Source of the DNA: an uncultured Actinomycetes bacterium
GTDB lineage: Bacteria > Actinomycetota > Thermoleophilia > RBG-16-64-13
NCBI GenBank assembly: GCA_963816155.1
Contig: CAWFJE010000009.1
Span: forward strand, 118,478 to 182,477
Reading direction: 5' to 3'
DNA: 64,000 nucleotides
The notes below the pieces were generated by a model. The model was not told where the DNA came from, did not search any database, and saw only the letters and a program-made list of their open reading frames with translations. Positions 52,613 to 63,383 of this stretch are shown here, piece after piece (position 1 is the first letter of the stretch; the number at the start of each line of letters is the position of its first letter). The position numbers and the translations under genes were made by a program.

Positions 52613-53277
52613 CTACGGAGCCAGACCTCGAGCCAGGATAGCCAAAGCACCTGCCGCCGGAATGGGGAAGTCCCCGTGAGCACTCGGCCCTCCGTGCGGG
52701 CGCGAAGTTGGCGCAGCAGGGCTCGCTCCATCCCGGCAGCAAAGGGTATGGACGCGACCACGGCAGCCGCCTCCATCGCGTCCACGTCGCTCCTGATCCT
52801 GCCGAGTTCCTGCTCCTCCCGGATGTACTCAGCCACGATCGCAACCGGTTCCGGTCGCACGAACCCCTCGGGGGACTTCTCGCTCACGTAGGATTCGAAG
52901 CTCTTCCTTAGGTCCGCGTCGGCCCATGTGGATGCCATCAGCGTCGTAAGGTCTCCCTGCGTCCGCCCCACCAACACGAAGAGGTGCTCCAAGTTGTCGC
53001 GCACGGTGTCCTGGCCGGCACGCTCGGGGAGTCGCCTGAGCTCCTTCCCGACCTTCAGCACGAGGGCGAAGAACACTTGGTGGAAGAGATCGTACTTGTC
53101 GGTGAAGTGTCGATACATCGTGCCTTCGGACAGCCCGGCTCTGCGGGCGATCTCACGGGTGGTGGCCCGGGCAAAACCTCGCTCCACGAACACCGCGAGA
53201 GCTGCGTCCATCAGAGCCTGGCGGGTCGGACTGGTATCTGTTGGCGTCGGATTCACGGGATCTCCTTCAGGCTCCAT
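52613..53277 (-). CDS. TetR/AcrR family transcriptional regulator (frameshift near the C-terminus)
   Basis: HTH GFARATTREIARRAGLSEGTMYRHF; alternative-frame end DFPIPAAGALAILARGLAP*. Confidence 0.88.
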
Positions 53278-53297
53278 CTCAGCTCATCTGGCACGGC

Positions 53298-54089
53298 TCA
53301 CGCCGTGATGTCTCGCCGCCGGAACGTGACTGCCGTTATCACCAGTGTGACGACCACATACCCGACGGCCACCATCAGGCCTGTGGCGAAAGACATGTCG
53401 TCCGTGCCTCCCGCCGCCACGGTCCCGAAGGAAGATCCGGGAAGCCATTTCGCTCCACTGTCGAGCAGCAGAGTCAATATCATTTCGAACACCAGTAAGT
53501 AGCCAATCCCCACGGCGATGGAGAGTCCCGTGCTTCGCGTCATGACTCCGACGAAGAGCCCGATGAATCCCCACATGAGGGCTGCGAGAGTCAGATGCAG
53601 GTAGCCATTGAGGAGGGTCTGGGCCATGTCCGTGCGCCACGCCTCCGCGGATATCCCTGTTGCTTCCGCCACGGCGGGGGAGGCGATCAGGACGAGTAGG
53701 ATTGTCGCGAGGGTGGCGATGCAAGTGAACAGCACGAGGGCGACCACCTTGCCGCCGAGCAGTCTCAGACGGTTGGGCTGGGCTTGGACGAGCAGCCGTA
53801 TCAGGCCGTTCGAGTAGTCGGAGGAAGCGAAGATGGCCCATACCACGAGGGCCACGAGTCCCCACATGTTGGAGGCCAGCTTCAGCCCGGCGAACATGCC
53901 GTCGGGGGCCTCCAGCGTTGACACAGAGACGCTCGGGCCGCCCGGCATGGTCACTCCCGAGTCCGCGGTGGCCGTGAAGAAGATGATGAACGTAACGATG
54001 AGCCCCAGCGCGGCCATCAGGCCGATACCCCCGAGGATGTAGTTGCGGCTCATCAGCCGGGTCCATTCGCTACGGATCTCACGCGTCAC
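53298..54089 (-). CDS. ABC-2 type exporter permease
   Basis: Six TM helices; SEW..L, DYSNG..R and FRRRDI motifs. Confidence 0.88.
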   Translation of the reverse strand: MTREIRSEWTRLMSRNYILGGIGLMAALGLIVTFIIFFTATADSGVTMPGGPSVSVSTLEAPDGMFAGLKLASNMWGLVALVVWAIFASSDYSNGLIRLLVQAQPNRLRLLGGKVVALVLFTCIATLATILLVLIASPAVAEATGISAEAWRTDMAQTLLNGYLHLTLAALMWGFIGLFVGVMTRSTGLSIAVGIGYLLVFEMILTLLLDSGAKWLPGSSFGTVAAGGTDDMSFATGLMVAVGYVVVTLVITAVTFRRRDITA

Positions 54090-55030
54090 GACGCCACCTC
54101 TCGTCCCGCTGCGGGCCGGCCGTTGGCACCCGATTCCGGCCCGGTCATGCGGAGGAACACTTCCTCCAGGCTGGATTCCCGCGGCCGGAGCACGCCTAGC
54201 ACGATTCCGGCCTCGGCTGCGGCCCGATTGATGTCGGCCGACCTGGAGACGGGAGCCGAGATGTGCACTTCGTCCAACACCACCGATGCCTTCCAGCCCC
54301 CGGCCCGCAGCGCCTCAGCGAGGCCCTCGACGTCGGCCGGATGCTCCGGCGCGATCTCGATGCTCTCCCCTGCCCGGGAGACCAGGTCATCGAGGGGACC
54401 CGAAAAGAGGAGTTGCCCGAAGCGGACGATGGCCAGGCTGTCGCAGGCGGCCTCGATCTCGCTCAAGAGATGGGAGGATACGATCACTGTTCGTCCTTGG
54501 TCTCCCAGAGAGCGCAGCAGCTGCCTCATCTCCACGATGCCGGCAGGGTCAAGGCCGTTGGTCGGTTCATCGAGCACAAGGAGTTCGGCATCAGGGAGCA
54601 AGGCAGCGGCGATCCCCAAGCGCTGCTTCATGCCTAGCGAGAACCTCTTCACCGGTTCCTTGCTCCGATCGAGTAGGCCGACTGTCGCGAGTACCTCATC
54701 GACGCGGGTGTTGGAGATGCCGCGCAAACGCGCCAGCGAGCGCAGATTGGCCCGTGCGGAGAGTGAGGGAACGAAGGCGGGGCTCTCAATGAGTGCTCCG
54801 ACCCGGTGTGCGTACTTGCCAGGGTGGGAGATGGGCGAGTCAAGGACGGCGGCGTCACCGCTCGTGGGCCTGATCAGTCCCAGCAACAATCTGATCAGGG
54901 TAGATTTGCCCGAACCGTTGGGCCCCACCAAGCCGATGACCCCCGGGCCCGCGATCTCCAGATCAAGCTCGTGGAGCGCGACCACGTCGCCGAAGCGCCT
55001 GCTGAGCTTGTCGGTCCGTATTACTGACAC
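54086..55030 (-). CDS. ABC exporter ATP-binding protein (BcrA-like)
   Basis: GPNGSGKST, FSLGMKQR, LDEPTNGLDP and SSH motifs. Confidence 0.93.
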   Translation of the reverse strand: MSVIRTDKLSRRFGDVVALHELDLEIAGPGVIGLVGPNGSGKSTLIRLLLGLIRPTSGDAAVLDSPISHPGKYAHRVGALIESPAFVPSLSARANLRSLARLRGISNTRVDEVLATVGLLDRSKEPVKRFSLGMKQRLGIAAALLPDAELLVLDEPTNGLDPAGIVEMRQLLRSLGDQGRTVIVSSHLLSEIEAACDSLAIVRFGQLLFSGPLDDLVSRAGESIEIAPEHPADVEGLAEALRAGGWKASVVLDEVHISAPVSRSADINRAAAEAGIVLGVLRPRESSLEEVFLRMTGPESGANGRPAAGREVAS

Positions 55031-55051
55031 TCTGACCTCCAGGGTTGTTGG

Positions 55052-55107
55052 GGGGTGAGCGCTCACCCCTCAGCGTGCATTGTAGCGGGTGAGCTCTCAC
55101 CCCTTCA
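55052..55107 (-). promoter_or_regulatory. Sigma70 promoter overlapped by two palindromic operators (likely TetR sites)
   Basis: Minus strand TTGAAG-N17-TACAAT; GGGGTGAGCGCTCACCCC (55052-55069) and GGGTGAG-ct-CTCACCC (55087-55102). Confidence 0.75.
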
Positions 55108-55164
55108 AGGCCCCGCGGACACCGACAGCAGGTTATGTGGGTCCGCTCGTCTGCCCATCCGCAG

Positions 55165-55185
55165 GTAGCACATCTGTGCTACACT
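55165..55185 (+). promoter_or_regulatory. TA operon extended -10 overlapped by a palindromic operator
   Basis: GTAGCACA-tc-TGTGCTAC overlapping TG-c-TACACT. Confidence 0.65.
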
Positions 55186-55222
55186 GGCCGCGACCCCCCC
55201 CCTGTAAGAGTGGAGGACCAGG

Positions 55223-55450
55223 ATGACCCAGGGAGTGAAGCTACGCAGAGCCGGTGGCTCGATCGCCGCCACACTACCCAAGGACATGGCCGACAGGCTG
55301 AAGCTCGCCGCCGGCGATACCGTTATAGCCATAGAGATGGCGGACGGGATACTTCTCACCCCTTACGATCCGGAGACCGAAGAGGCTCTCTCGATCGCCG
55401 CCGAGGTGGGCCGCACGTACCGGAGCGCTCTGCGCGAGCTGGCGAGATAG
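55223..55450 (+). CDS. AbrB/MazE-family antitoxin
   Basis: KLRRAGGSIAATLPK...YRSALRELA. Confidence 0.88.
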   Translation: MTQGVKLRRAGGSIAATLPKDMADRLKLAAGDTVIAIEMADGILLTPYDPETEEALSIAAEVGRTYRSALRELAR

Positions 55451-55453
55451 ACG

Positions 55454-55864
55454 GTGCCCGAACCCGAGCCCCGCTGGGTGTCTCGACTGGTTGTTGACGC
55501 CATCCAGGCGGACATGCTGCTCACGCACGGAGGGCTGCCGGGTATCCGAGACGAGAACGCGCTCGATTCCGCACTCGCCCGCCCACGGCAGCGCTTTGCC
55601 TATCAACCCAACGCCGACCTGGCGGCGCTCGCCGCGGCCTACGGATACGCCCTGGCCCGTAACCACCCTTACAGCGACGGCAACAAACGCGTGGCGTTCA
55701 TGGTGATGGCCGTATTCCTGGGGCTCAACGGGCTCGTGTTCACCGCGAGCGAAGCGGACGTGGTCACAACCGTCGTGGCGCTCGCGTCCGGTGACCTCGA
55801 CGAGGACGAACTCGCCGACTGGATCAGGACGCATACTGTGAACCGGCCTCGGGGCATACGTTAA
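55454..55864 (+). CDS. doc: Doc (death-on-curing) Fic-family toxin
   Basis: HGGLPGIRD, SALARP and NHPYSDGNKR motifs. Confidence 0.9.
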   Translation: MPEPEPRWVSRLVVDAIQADMLLTHGGLPGIRDENALDSALARPRQRFAYQPNADLAALAAAYGYALARNHPYSDGNKRVAFMVMAVFLGLNGLVFTASEADVVTTVVALASGDLDEDELADWIRTHTVNRPRGIR

Positions 55865-55994
55865 TAAGTCACCCGCTGAGAAGTCACCCACCGAGCGGCT
55901 GCGGTAGCGCCGAACGAGTCCACATCGATCCCCGAAATGTGACCAGGCGGTTAGGACCCGTGTTCCACAGAGTCGCTACTTCGAGGCGACTCCG

Positions 55995-56324
55995 TTGGCC
56001 GTGTGCCGGACGTCGGTCGGCTACCCTGTCCGGAGCGCCGACGGGGGTGTCTACTGTCGCGTCGCCTTCACTACCTGGCTACCCTCGCCCCCCACGCTGC
56101 CGTTGAACGCGCCGTTCGGCGAGATTGTTCCATTCAGGGGGAAGCTGCCCGAACCGGACGAGGTCCTCCCTGCGCCGATGACAGGGTCTGCCAGGCTCTT
56201 CAGGGGACCTTCCTTTTTCCCCACAACCCCGGTGGGGCCCGACCTCGTATACTGGGTGCATGATCTCCCCGCGGGCATCATTTTCGAGGGCTTCTCGGGG
56301 GGTCTGATGGCGACGGTCAATTGA
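55995..56324 (+). pseudogene. Probable 5'-truncated gene fragment of unknown function
   Basis: Protein-like composition, but no clear RBS or start codon. Confidence 0.3.
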
Positions 56325-56379
56325 AGCAGCGACGTTCACCTGTCATCTGAAAGAGACGACTCGACGAAAGGACACAGCG

Positions 56380-58752
56380 GTGAGCAATCCGATCGAGATC
56401 CAGCGAACCGTTCTCCCTATCCCCGATCAGCCGCACGTCGGTCTTACGACGTACGACGCCAAGGATCCTGACACGGTATACCCGCCAATCCGGGAATTGC
56501 GTCCGCCCGCAGGAGCGCCGAACGTGCTCGTCGTCCTGTTGGACGACGTGGGCTTCGGTGCCAGTAGCGCCTTCGGGGGCCCGTGCCAGACGCCGAACTT
56601 CGAGAAGTTGGCGGCCAACGGCCTCAAATACAATCGGTTCCATACCACCGCACTCTGTTCTCCGACGAGACAGGCGCTCCTCACCGGCCGCAATCACCAC
56701 TCGGCCGGTATGGGCGCGATCACAGAGATGGCGACGTCGGCGCCGGGGCAATGTTCGTTCATGCCCAACACCATCTCACCGATCGCCCGCACGCTGAAGC
56801 TCAACGGTTATTCGACTTCGCAGTTCGGCAAGTGCCACGAAGTGCCGGTGTGGCAGACGAGCCCCATGGGTCCGTTCGATGCCTGGCCCACCGGCGGTGG
56901 CGGCTTTGAGTACTTCTACGGCTTCATCGGCGGCGAGACCAACCAATGGTATCCGGCGATCTATGAAGGCACGACGCCCATCGAAACCGACGGGACACCC
57001 GAAGAGGGATATCACTTCACCGTGGACATGACCACCAAAGCGATCAAGTGGATCCGTCAGCAGAAGGCGCTCATGCCCGACAAGCCGTTCTTCACCTACT
57101 TCGCCCCCGGTGCGACGCACGCGCCCCATCACGTGCCGAAGGAATGGGCGGACAAGTACAAAAGCAAGTTCGACCAGGGCTGGGACAAGCTGCGCGAAGA
57201 GACGTTCGCCCGCCAGAAGAAGCAGGGCGTCATCCCGCAGGACTGTCGGCTGACCGAGCGTCACCCGGAGATCCCGGCGTGGGATACCGTCGCAGAGGAG
57301 ATGAAGCCGGTCCTCATCCGCCAGATGGAAGTGTACGCCGGCTTCCTTGAGCACACCGACCATGAATTCGGGCGGCTGATCGAGGCGCTCGAGGACCTCG
57401 GCGTCCTCGACAACACACTGATCTACGTGATCATCGGCGACAACGGCGCCTCGGCAGAGGGGTCGTTTCAGGGTACCTTCAACGAGATGTTGACGCTCAC
57501 CGGGTTCGGCCACCTGGAGACACCGGAGTTTCTGCGCGGGCACCTCGAGGGGTTGGGCGGGTTCGAATCGTACAACCACTACGCTGTGGGCTGGGCGCAC
57601 GCCATGGATACGCCCTACCAATGGACCAAGCAGGTGGCGTCGCACTTCGGCGGCATCCGCAACGGGACGATCGTGCACTGGCCCCGGGGGATCCAGGCCA
57701 AAGGTGAGATTCGCGAGCAGTTTCACCATGTGATCGACGTGGCGCCGACCATCCTGGAAGTGGCTGGATTGCCGGAGCCTGTTTTCGTCAACGGTGTACA
57801 GCAGCGTCCGATCGAAGGCGTGAGTATGGCGTACTCGTTCGACAATGTCGACGCCGCCGGTCGTCATGAGACCCAGTACTTCGAGATGTTCGGGAACCGG
57901 GGCATCTACCACAAGGGCTGGACCGCGGTCACCAAGCATCGGACGCCGTGGGAGACCGGGGCCGCGAAGCTGCCGGCTTTCGACGACGATGTGTGGGAGT
58001 TGTACGACACGAGTACGGACTGGAGCCAGTCGAACGACCTGGCGAAACAGAATCCGGAGAAGCTGCATGAACTCCAGCGGCTGTGGCTGATCGAAGCGGT
58101 TAAGCACAACGTCCTGCCTCTCGATGACCGCTTCGCCGAGCGCGCCAATCCGGAGATGGCCGGCCGACCGGAGTTGATCAAGGGCAACCGGCAGTTGCTG
58201 TTTGGCGGTATGGGGCGGTTGAGCGAAAGCTCAGTCGTCAACTACAAGAACAAGTCGCACGCCGTGACGGCCGAGGTCGAGGTGCCGCAATCGGGTGCAA
58301 ATGGCGTCATCGTCGCCGTGGGTGGACTCGCGGGTGGTTGGAGCCTGTACGCCAAAGATGGCAGGCTGAAGTACTGCTACAACTTCTACGGTCTGACCCG
58401 GCATACGATCGAGGGAGCGGCGGAGATCCCGCCGGGGACACATCAGGTTCGGATGGAGTTCAAGTACGATGGCGGCGGGATCGCCAAGGGTGGTACGGTC
58501 ACCCTGTATGTGGACGGCAAGAAAGTCGCTGAAGGCCGGGTGGATCAGACCGAGCCATTCGTCTTCTCGGCCGACGAGACGTGTGACATCGGCAATGAAT
58601 TCGGTTCGCCGGTGACCTACGACTATCCACAAGACAAGAAGTTCAGTGGCGAAGTGAACTGGGTCGAGATCGACGTCGACAAGGACGCCCAGGACCTAGA
58701 CCATCTGATCTCGCCGGAGGAACGCCTGCGCGTAGCCTTGGCATTGCAGTAG
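56380..58752 (+). CDS. Cys-type arylsulfatase with C-terminal LamG-like domain
   Basis: LDDVG, LCSPTR.ALLTGRNHH, GKCH, HAPHH and GDNG motifs. Confidence 0.93.
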   Translation: MSNPIEIQRTVLPIPDQPHVGLTTYDAKDPDTVYPPIRELRPPAGAPNVLVVLLDDVGFGASSAFGGPCQTPNFEKLAANGLKYNRFHTTALCSPTRQALLTGRNHHSAGMGAITEMATSAPGQCSFMPNTISPIARTLKLNGYSTSQFGKCHEVPVWQTSPMGPFDAWPTGGGGFEYFYGFIGGETNQWYPAIYEGTTPIETDGTPEEGYHFTVDMTTKAIKWIRQQKALMPDKPFFTYFAPGATHAPHHVPKEWADKYKSKFDQGWDKLREETFARQKKQGVIPQDCRLTERHPEIPAWDTVAEEMKPVLIRQMEVYAGFLEHTDHEFGRLIEALEDLGVLDNTLIYVIIGDNGASAEGSFQGTFNEMLTLTGFGHLETPEFLRGHLEGLGGFESYNHYAVGWAHAMDTPYQWTKQVASHFGGIRNGTIVHWPRGIQAKGEIREQFHHVIDVAPTILEVAGLPEPVFVNGVQQRPIEGVSMAYSFDNVDAAGRHETQYFEMFGNRGIYHKGWTAVTKHRTPWETGAAKLPAFDDDVWELYDTSTDWSQSNDLAKQNPEKLHELQRLWLIEAVKHNVLPLDDRFAERANPEMAGRPELIKGNRQLLFGGMGRLSESSVVNYKNKSHAVTAEVEVPQSGANGVIVAVGGLAGGWSLYAKDGRLKYCYNFYGLTRHTIEGAAEIPPGTHQVRMEFKYDGGGIAKGGTVTLYVDGKKVAEGRVDQTEPFVFSADETCDIGNEFGSPVTYDYPQDKKFSGEVNWVEIDVDKDAQDLDHLISPEERLRVALALQ

Positions 58753-58778
58753 CAGCCGGTACGGTAGTCAAGCGGGCA

Positions 58779-58820
58779 AGGGCCCTCGCTCGGATCACCG
58801 GGCGAGGGCGGCCCTTCTTG
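58779..58820 (+). terminator. Probable terminator hairpin
   Basis: CCCTCGCTCGG-atca-CCGGGCGAGGG followed by CCCTTCTTG. Confidence 0.6.
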
Positions 58821-58965
58821 CGCCGGCTTCGAAGCAGTTCCACCTTTGGTTGTATTAACCCAAGGCGCGCCTCCCGCTACGCTGCATCTCCCAGCCGCTA
58901 ATCCAGTCGAGTGGTATTCAGCGACCGGGACGTAGCGGAACCAAATAAGAGGGAGGAAGGGATAG

Positions 58966-59084
58966 ATGAACAGCGTGCATCTCATCGGCCGCCTGGCCAC
59001 GGACGTGCACGTGAAGGAGGTGAACGGCGGGTCCAAGGTCAGCAGCTTCATCCTGTCCGTGGACCGCAATGCTGAAGAGGCGGA
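58966..59084 (+). pseudogene. ssb: 5' part of an interrupted single-stranded DNA-binding protein gene
   Basis: Strong RBS; MNSVHLIGRLATD...FILSVDRNAEEA, after which SSB similarity stops abruptly. Confidence 0.85.
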
Positions 59085-59335
59085 GGTCGCAATTCTGCTA
59101 CATCCGCGTCAGCTTGCACCTCCTCCATCAAGCCCGGCGAAGTCATGCACGCTGATGCTCCACAGTGCGAACCGGCCGAAACCAGGGGGGTTGGAGGTAA
59201 GAGCAAGTAGCAAAGTTGGAAACCCTGAACTCCACGTGGCACGAAGCCGACCAGACTGCTTCCTATCCATGCCGTCTGGCGGGCACGATTGTGGCGGGTG
59301 CTTCGTAGGTGCGGCCCCGGCAACTCCGAACGGTT

Positions 59336-60624
59336 CTACCGCGTCGGTGGCGGGACCACCTTCGCGCGTGAAGGCTCGCGCACAAGAAGGACGATGAGAA
59401 TCGCGCCGAGCACCAGCAGCAAAGCAGTGGTGAAGAAAGCCCCGCCGGCGCCGTAGCGACCGTAGATCCAGCCTCCCAGAAGTGGACCGATCACCCCGCC
59501 GAGAGCAGCCGCGGCGGTGTAGTAACCCAGCGCTGAACCCTGGCGGGCGTTGTCCGCAAGGTCGATCACCAGTGCCTCCTCGGCGGGCGTCGCGGCGGCG
59601 AAGGCCGCAGCCTCGAGGACCCAGAGAACGGCCAGCGGCCAGAGCGACCGAACGAAGGGGACCGCGGCGGCGGCCAGACCGGCCATTGCCAGCGCGGCCA
59701 CGATCGGCGGGCGCCGCCCGAGGCGGTCGCTGATGCGCCCAGTCGCGAGGGGAGCACCGACCCGGCGACGGCTGCCGGCAGGAAGGCGAGTCCGAGAGCG
59801 AGCATGCTGGTCGAGACGTTGTCGAACAGGTACGGCATCAGGATCGGACCGAGGAGAGCGGTGGCGACTGCGGTCAAGCCCACGATCCCCATCAAGATCC
59901 ACAACTGGCCGGGGAGGCGCCACGCCGCACCCCCGGAGGCCCGTCGATCCTGGGGAGCCTCAGATACCCTGTCGTCATGGCTCTCGCGTTGAGCGAGGGT
60001 CTCCGGGATCTTCCGCCACACGATCGCGGCAGCGACCAACGTAGCAGCTGCATACGCAAGGAAGAGCAGGCGCCACCCGCCTGCGAGCGTCAGCCACTCT
60101 CCGATTCCGTCGCCTTCCAGTAGAGCGAGAGCAGACCGAATCCCACGAGAGATCCCACGAGGGTGCCGCGAAAAGCCATTTCTTCGATCCGTCCGTATTC
60201 TCTCCCGCGACGGTCGCCGGACGCCAGATCCGACACGATGGACAGAGCGGCAAGCCAGGTGAGACTCGCTCCCACACCCTGCGCGACCTGGGCGAGATAC
60301 AGACCGACCTACCCCGGTCGCGAGACCAAAGACCACGTTCGACAGGGCATAGGCCAGCAAGCCGGAGATCAGGAAAGGCCTCCGGCCGAGCCGGTCCAAC
60401 CCGCGTCCGACGAAGGGCTGAGAGATGACGATGATCGCTGCATAGGCCGAGAACAGTCCACCGATCGCGAGAGGGCCGGCTTCCATCTCCCGTGCGATGA
60501 GGGGCACGCCGAGCAGCAGCATGCCAAAGGGAAGGGACACGAGGAACACGCTGAGCCGCAGACGCCGGAGGTACCGGTCGTTGCCAGAAGTTCCTCGTAT
60601 CGTCCGATGCGACGGGTGCGCCAT
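59336..60624 (-). CDS. MFS transporter (several frameshifts)
   Basis: G..LDRLGRRP and GRISDRLGRRP motif A in both halves; hydrophobic helices across three frames. Confidence 0.8.
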
Positions 60625-60861
60625 AGGCAACCATGACAAGCTCCTAGTCGTGTCGAACCTGCCCCGTACTTTCTCACACTCGACTGACGTCGATGAGACG
60701 TGATGGACAGCGAGGTGTGTGTGACGCCAATAGCAGCGACCCCGGGCCGACCAGCGCCTGCCCCGCGCGCGCAGCCGACATCCTGCGTTGTCGTATACCA
60801 TAGACGGCGGTCGCGGCTGACGCCGTAGAACGTTAGGCATCTAACCACAGGAGCAGACAGT

Positions 60862-62169
60862 GTGAAAGCGCATGCGGCGAAAACATCGTCCGTACTGTTC
60901 GAGAATGTTCGAATCTTTGATGGTAAGGCGGCTGCACTTTCTGCGCCTTCCCATGTCCTGGTACGAGGCAACAAGATCGTCCGTGTTGCTCTGTCGCCGT
61001 TTGGCGGCGAGGACCGAGTCGGGGCGACCGTCATCGACGGAGCCGATCGCACGCTGATGCCAGGACTGATCGACGCACATGCTCATATGATCATGGAGAG
61101 CATCCCACTGGGAGTTGCTATCACCTCGGAGGTTGGCTACCTGCACCTCCTTGCCGGGCAGGCTGCCGGGAAGCAACTGCTCCGCGGTTTCACCACCGTC
61201 CGCGATGTCGGTGGTCCCGCCTTCCCTCTCAAACGCGCCATCGACGAGGGACTCCTACCCGGACCCCGCATCTATCCGTCGGGCGCGATGATCTCGCAGA
61301 CTTCCGGACATGGGGACTTCCGCTTGCCCAACGAGCATCCGCTGGATTTGTGTTGCGCCTCGCTCAGTTTTGGGGAACAAGCTGGCGTAGCAGCCATTGC
61401 CGACGGTGTGGCGCAAGTTCTGCTCCGTGTGCGCGAAAACCTGAAGAAGGGCGCCAGCCAGATCAAGGTGATGGCTGGTGGCGGCGTCTCCTCGAACTAC
61501 GACCCGCTGGACGTTTCGCAATACACCTTCGAGGAAATGAAGGCGGCGGTGGATGCCGCCGAGAGTTGGGGTACCTATGTTGCCGTCCACGCTTACACCC
61601 CGAAGGCCATCCAAATGGCGATCCAGGCCGGTGTGAAATGCATCGAGCACGGCAATATGGCGGATGACGATACCGCCCGCCTCATGGCGGAGAAGGGCGT
61701 GTGGTGGTGCCTGCAGCCTTTTCTTGACGATGAAGACGCGATTTACTTCCCAGAAGGCTCCGATAACCGGAGAAAAGCGCTCACGGTGATGAGTGGCACA
61801 GACACGGCTTACGAATACGCAAAGAAATACAAGATCAAGACCGCATTCGGCTCAGACACACTGTTCGATGCCAAGCTCGCCACGCGGCAGGGGGCGCAGC
61901 TCGCCAAGCTGGTCCGTTGGTATTCTCCGACCGAGGTTCTGAAGATGGCCACCAGCGACAACGCCGAACTGCTGGCGTTATGCGGGGAACGCAATCCCTA
62001 TCCCGGCAGGCTTGGCGTCGTCGAGGAAGGCGCGTTGGCCGACCTGTTGCTCGTGGATGGCGATCCTATCGCGAACATCAAACTCATCGAGGACCCGGCA
62101 AAGAACTTTCTGGTCATCATTAAGGACGGAAAGCTGTTCAAGAACATCGTGCCCGCGGTTACACCTTGA
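60862..62169 (+). CDS. Metal-dependent amidohydrolase (Xaa-Pro dipeptidase-like)
   Basis: MPGLIDAHAH, GFTTVRD, IKVM, VHAY, IEHG, GSD and G.LADLL motifs. Confidence 0.9.
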   Translation: MKAHAAKTSSVLFENVRIFDGKAAALSAPSHVLVRGNKIVRVALSPFGGEDRVGATVIDGADRTLMPGLIDAHAHMIMESIPLGVAITSEVGYLHLLAGQAAGKQLLRGFTTVRDVGGPAFPLKRAIDEGLLPGPRIYPSGAMISQTSGHGDFRLPNEHPLDLCCASLSFGEQAGVAAIADGVAQVLLRVRENLKKGASQIKVMAGGGVSSNYDPLDVSQYTFEEMKAAVDAAESWGTYVAVHAYTPKAIQMAIQAGVKCIEHGNMADDDTARLMAEKGVWWCLQPFLDDEDAIYFPEGSDNRRKALTVMSGTDTAYEYAKKYKIKTAFGSDTLFDAKLATRQGAQLAKLVRWYSPTEVLKMATSDNAELLALCGERNPYPGRLGVVEEGALADLLLVDGDPIANIKLIEDPAKNFLVIIKDGKLFKNIVPAVTP

Positions 62170-62371
62170 CCTACGACCCGACAACCAGGAGGCTATTTCT
62201 CTTCGGTGGTTGGGACGCTCCCGATCAGGCGTCGAGCGACATGTGGGTCTTCGACCGCAGGCCCCGACCGTTCTAGGCGGGCACCAACATGAACGCGATG
62301 TCCGCAGATAGCAGGCGGCGGGGTCCCGCCACCTATCGAAATAGTTTTACCTGCAAATAGGCTCTTTCTTC

Positions 62372-62404
62372 CCTCTCAGACCCCGATTCGAACCGGGGAC
62401 AGCC
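62372..62404 (-). other. tRNA 3'-half-like remnant (T-arm)
   Basis: Minus strand GTCCCCGGTTCGAATCGGGGTCTGAGAG; no D-arm or anticodon arm found upstream. Confidence 0.35.
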
Positions 62405-62597
62405 GTGGGCCGGGGCCGTGAACCGTAGCGGTCTGGATGCGGGCCTGAAACACCCACGCACGGCGAATGGGATTCCAGCCCACGAGACCTTGCGGCCTGC
62501 GCGTCTTCCGGACCGGGGCACCCCCTTCGCATATCACTGCTGCGCTAGCAGACTCCTGATGGTGGCCTCATCATCGACGATCAACTCGCCGGTGACA

Positions 62598-63335
62598 TCC
62601 AGGGTCACGGACGGGGAGTTCGTGTTCGGGGGGAACATCGAGCCTCTCATTCCCATGGAGGTCTTCCGCAAGACCCTGCTTGCCATGGAAGCCCGCAAGA
62701 GACGGTCGCAGGCAGGACGTCCGCCGAGGGTACCGCTTACTGGGAGGCACGTGCGGTGCGGGACCTGCGGTGGCCCCATGTATTGCCGGTACTCGCACCA
62801 GGTGAATGACTTGTACTGCGGCTGCTACGAGAAGTCGCACGGCATGTGCGAGCGGGGCGTTGCCGTGCGAGCAGACTGGCTCATACCCGAGGTCGAGAGA
62901 CGGCTGCTCGAGCGCGTAAAGGGCGCGCGCACCAAGCCCAGGACCCTGCACGCCGTGGACCCGGTGGAGCCGTGTGCCGAAGAGGTCCGGCGAATTGAGG
63001 GCAGCCTGGGACAACTCGCGGCTCTCTTCGTCGAGGGGCAACTTCTCGAGGGCGAATACCAGGAGGCACGCAAGGTCCAGCTGCGCCGGCTCGCCGACGC
63101 GGGCAAGCGTCTCGACGGAGCCGTGCGCCGATCTGAGGCGATCGTCCGAGCGGAGTGCGTGGAGGAGATGCTGCGGGGACTCGCCGACATCGGTGCCGAG
63201 GGGTGGGCGGCCCTGAGCGTCCAAGCGAAGCGAGACATCTTCGACGTGGTGATCGACCGGGTCATCGTCTATCCGAAAGAGCAGCCTCACAACCGCTGGG
63301 CACCGCCGCACAAGATCAAGGTCCTCTGGCGCTAG
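62598..63335 (+). pseudogene. Large serine recombinase, C-terminal part only (end of recombinase domain, zinc ribbon, coiled coil)
   Basis: EPLIP.EVF, PLTG..RCGTCGGPM, YCGC...C, coiled coil and KRDIF..VIDRVIVY; no N-terminal YxRxS catalytic domain. Confidence 0.82.
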
Positions 63336-63383
63336 GCAAGCCGTCTTTCGGCTTCCTCTGTATGCAGAATTGCTAGTTTCGCC

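Noticed and set aside
56776-58107. Long antisense or overlapping ORFs (e.g. 56776-58107, 25009-26289, 16102-17418)
   Set aside because: Shadow ORFs expected in high-GC DNA opposite well-supported genes
59085-59397. ORF-track extension of ssb to 143 aa
   Set aside because: Sequence after codon 39 is read-through into the inserted element, not SSB
62372-62450. Complete tRNA gene
   Set aside because: Only a mismatched T-arm-like segment; no D-arm, anticodon arm or acceptor pairing found
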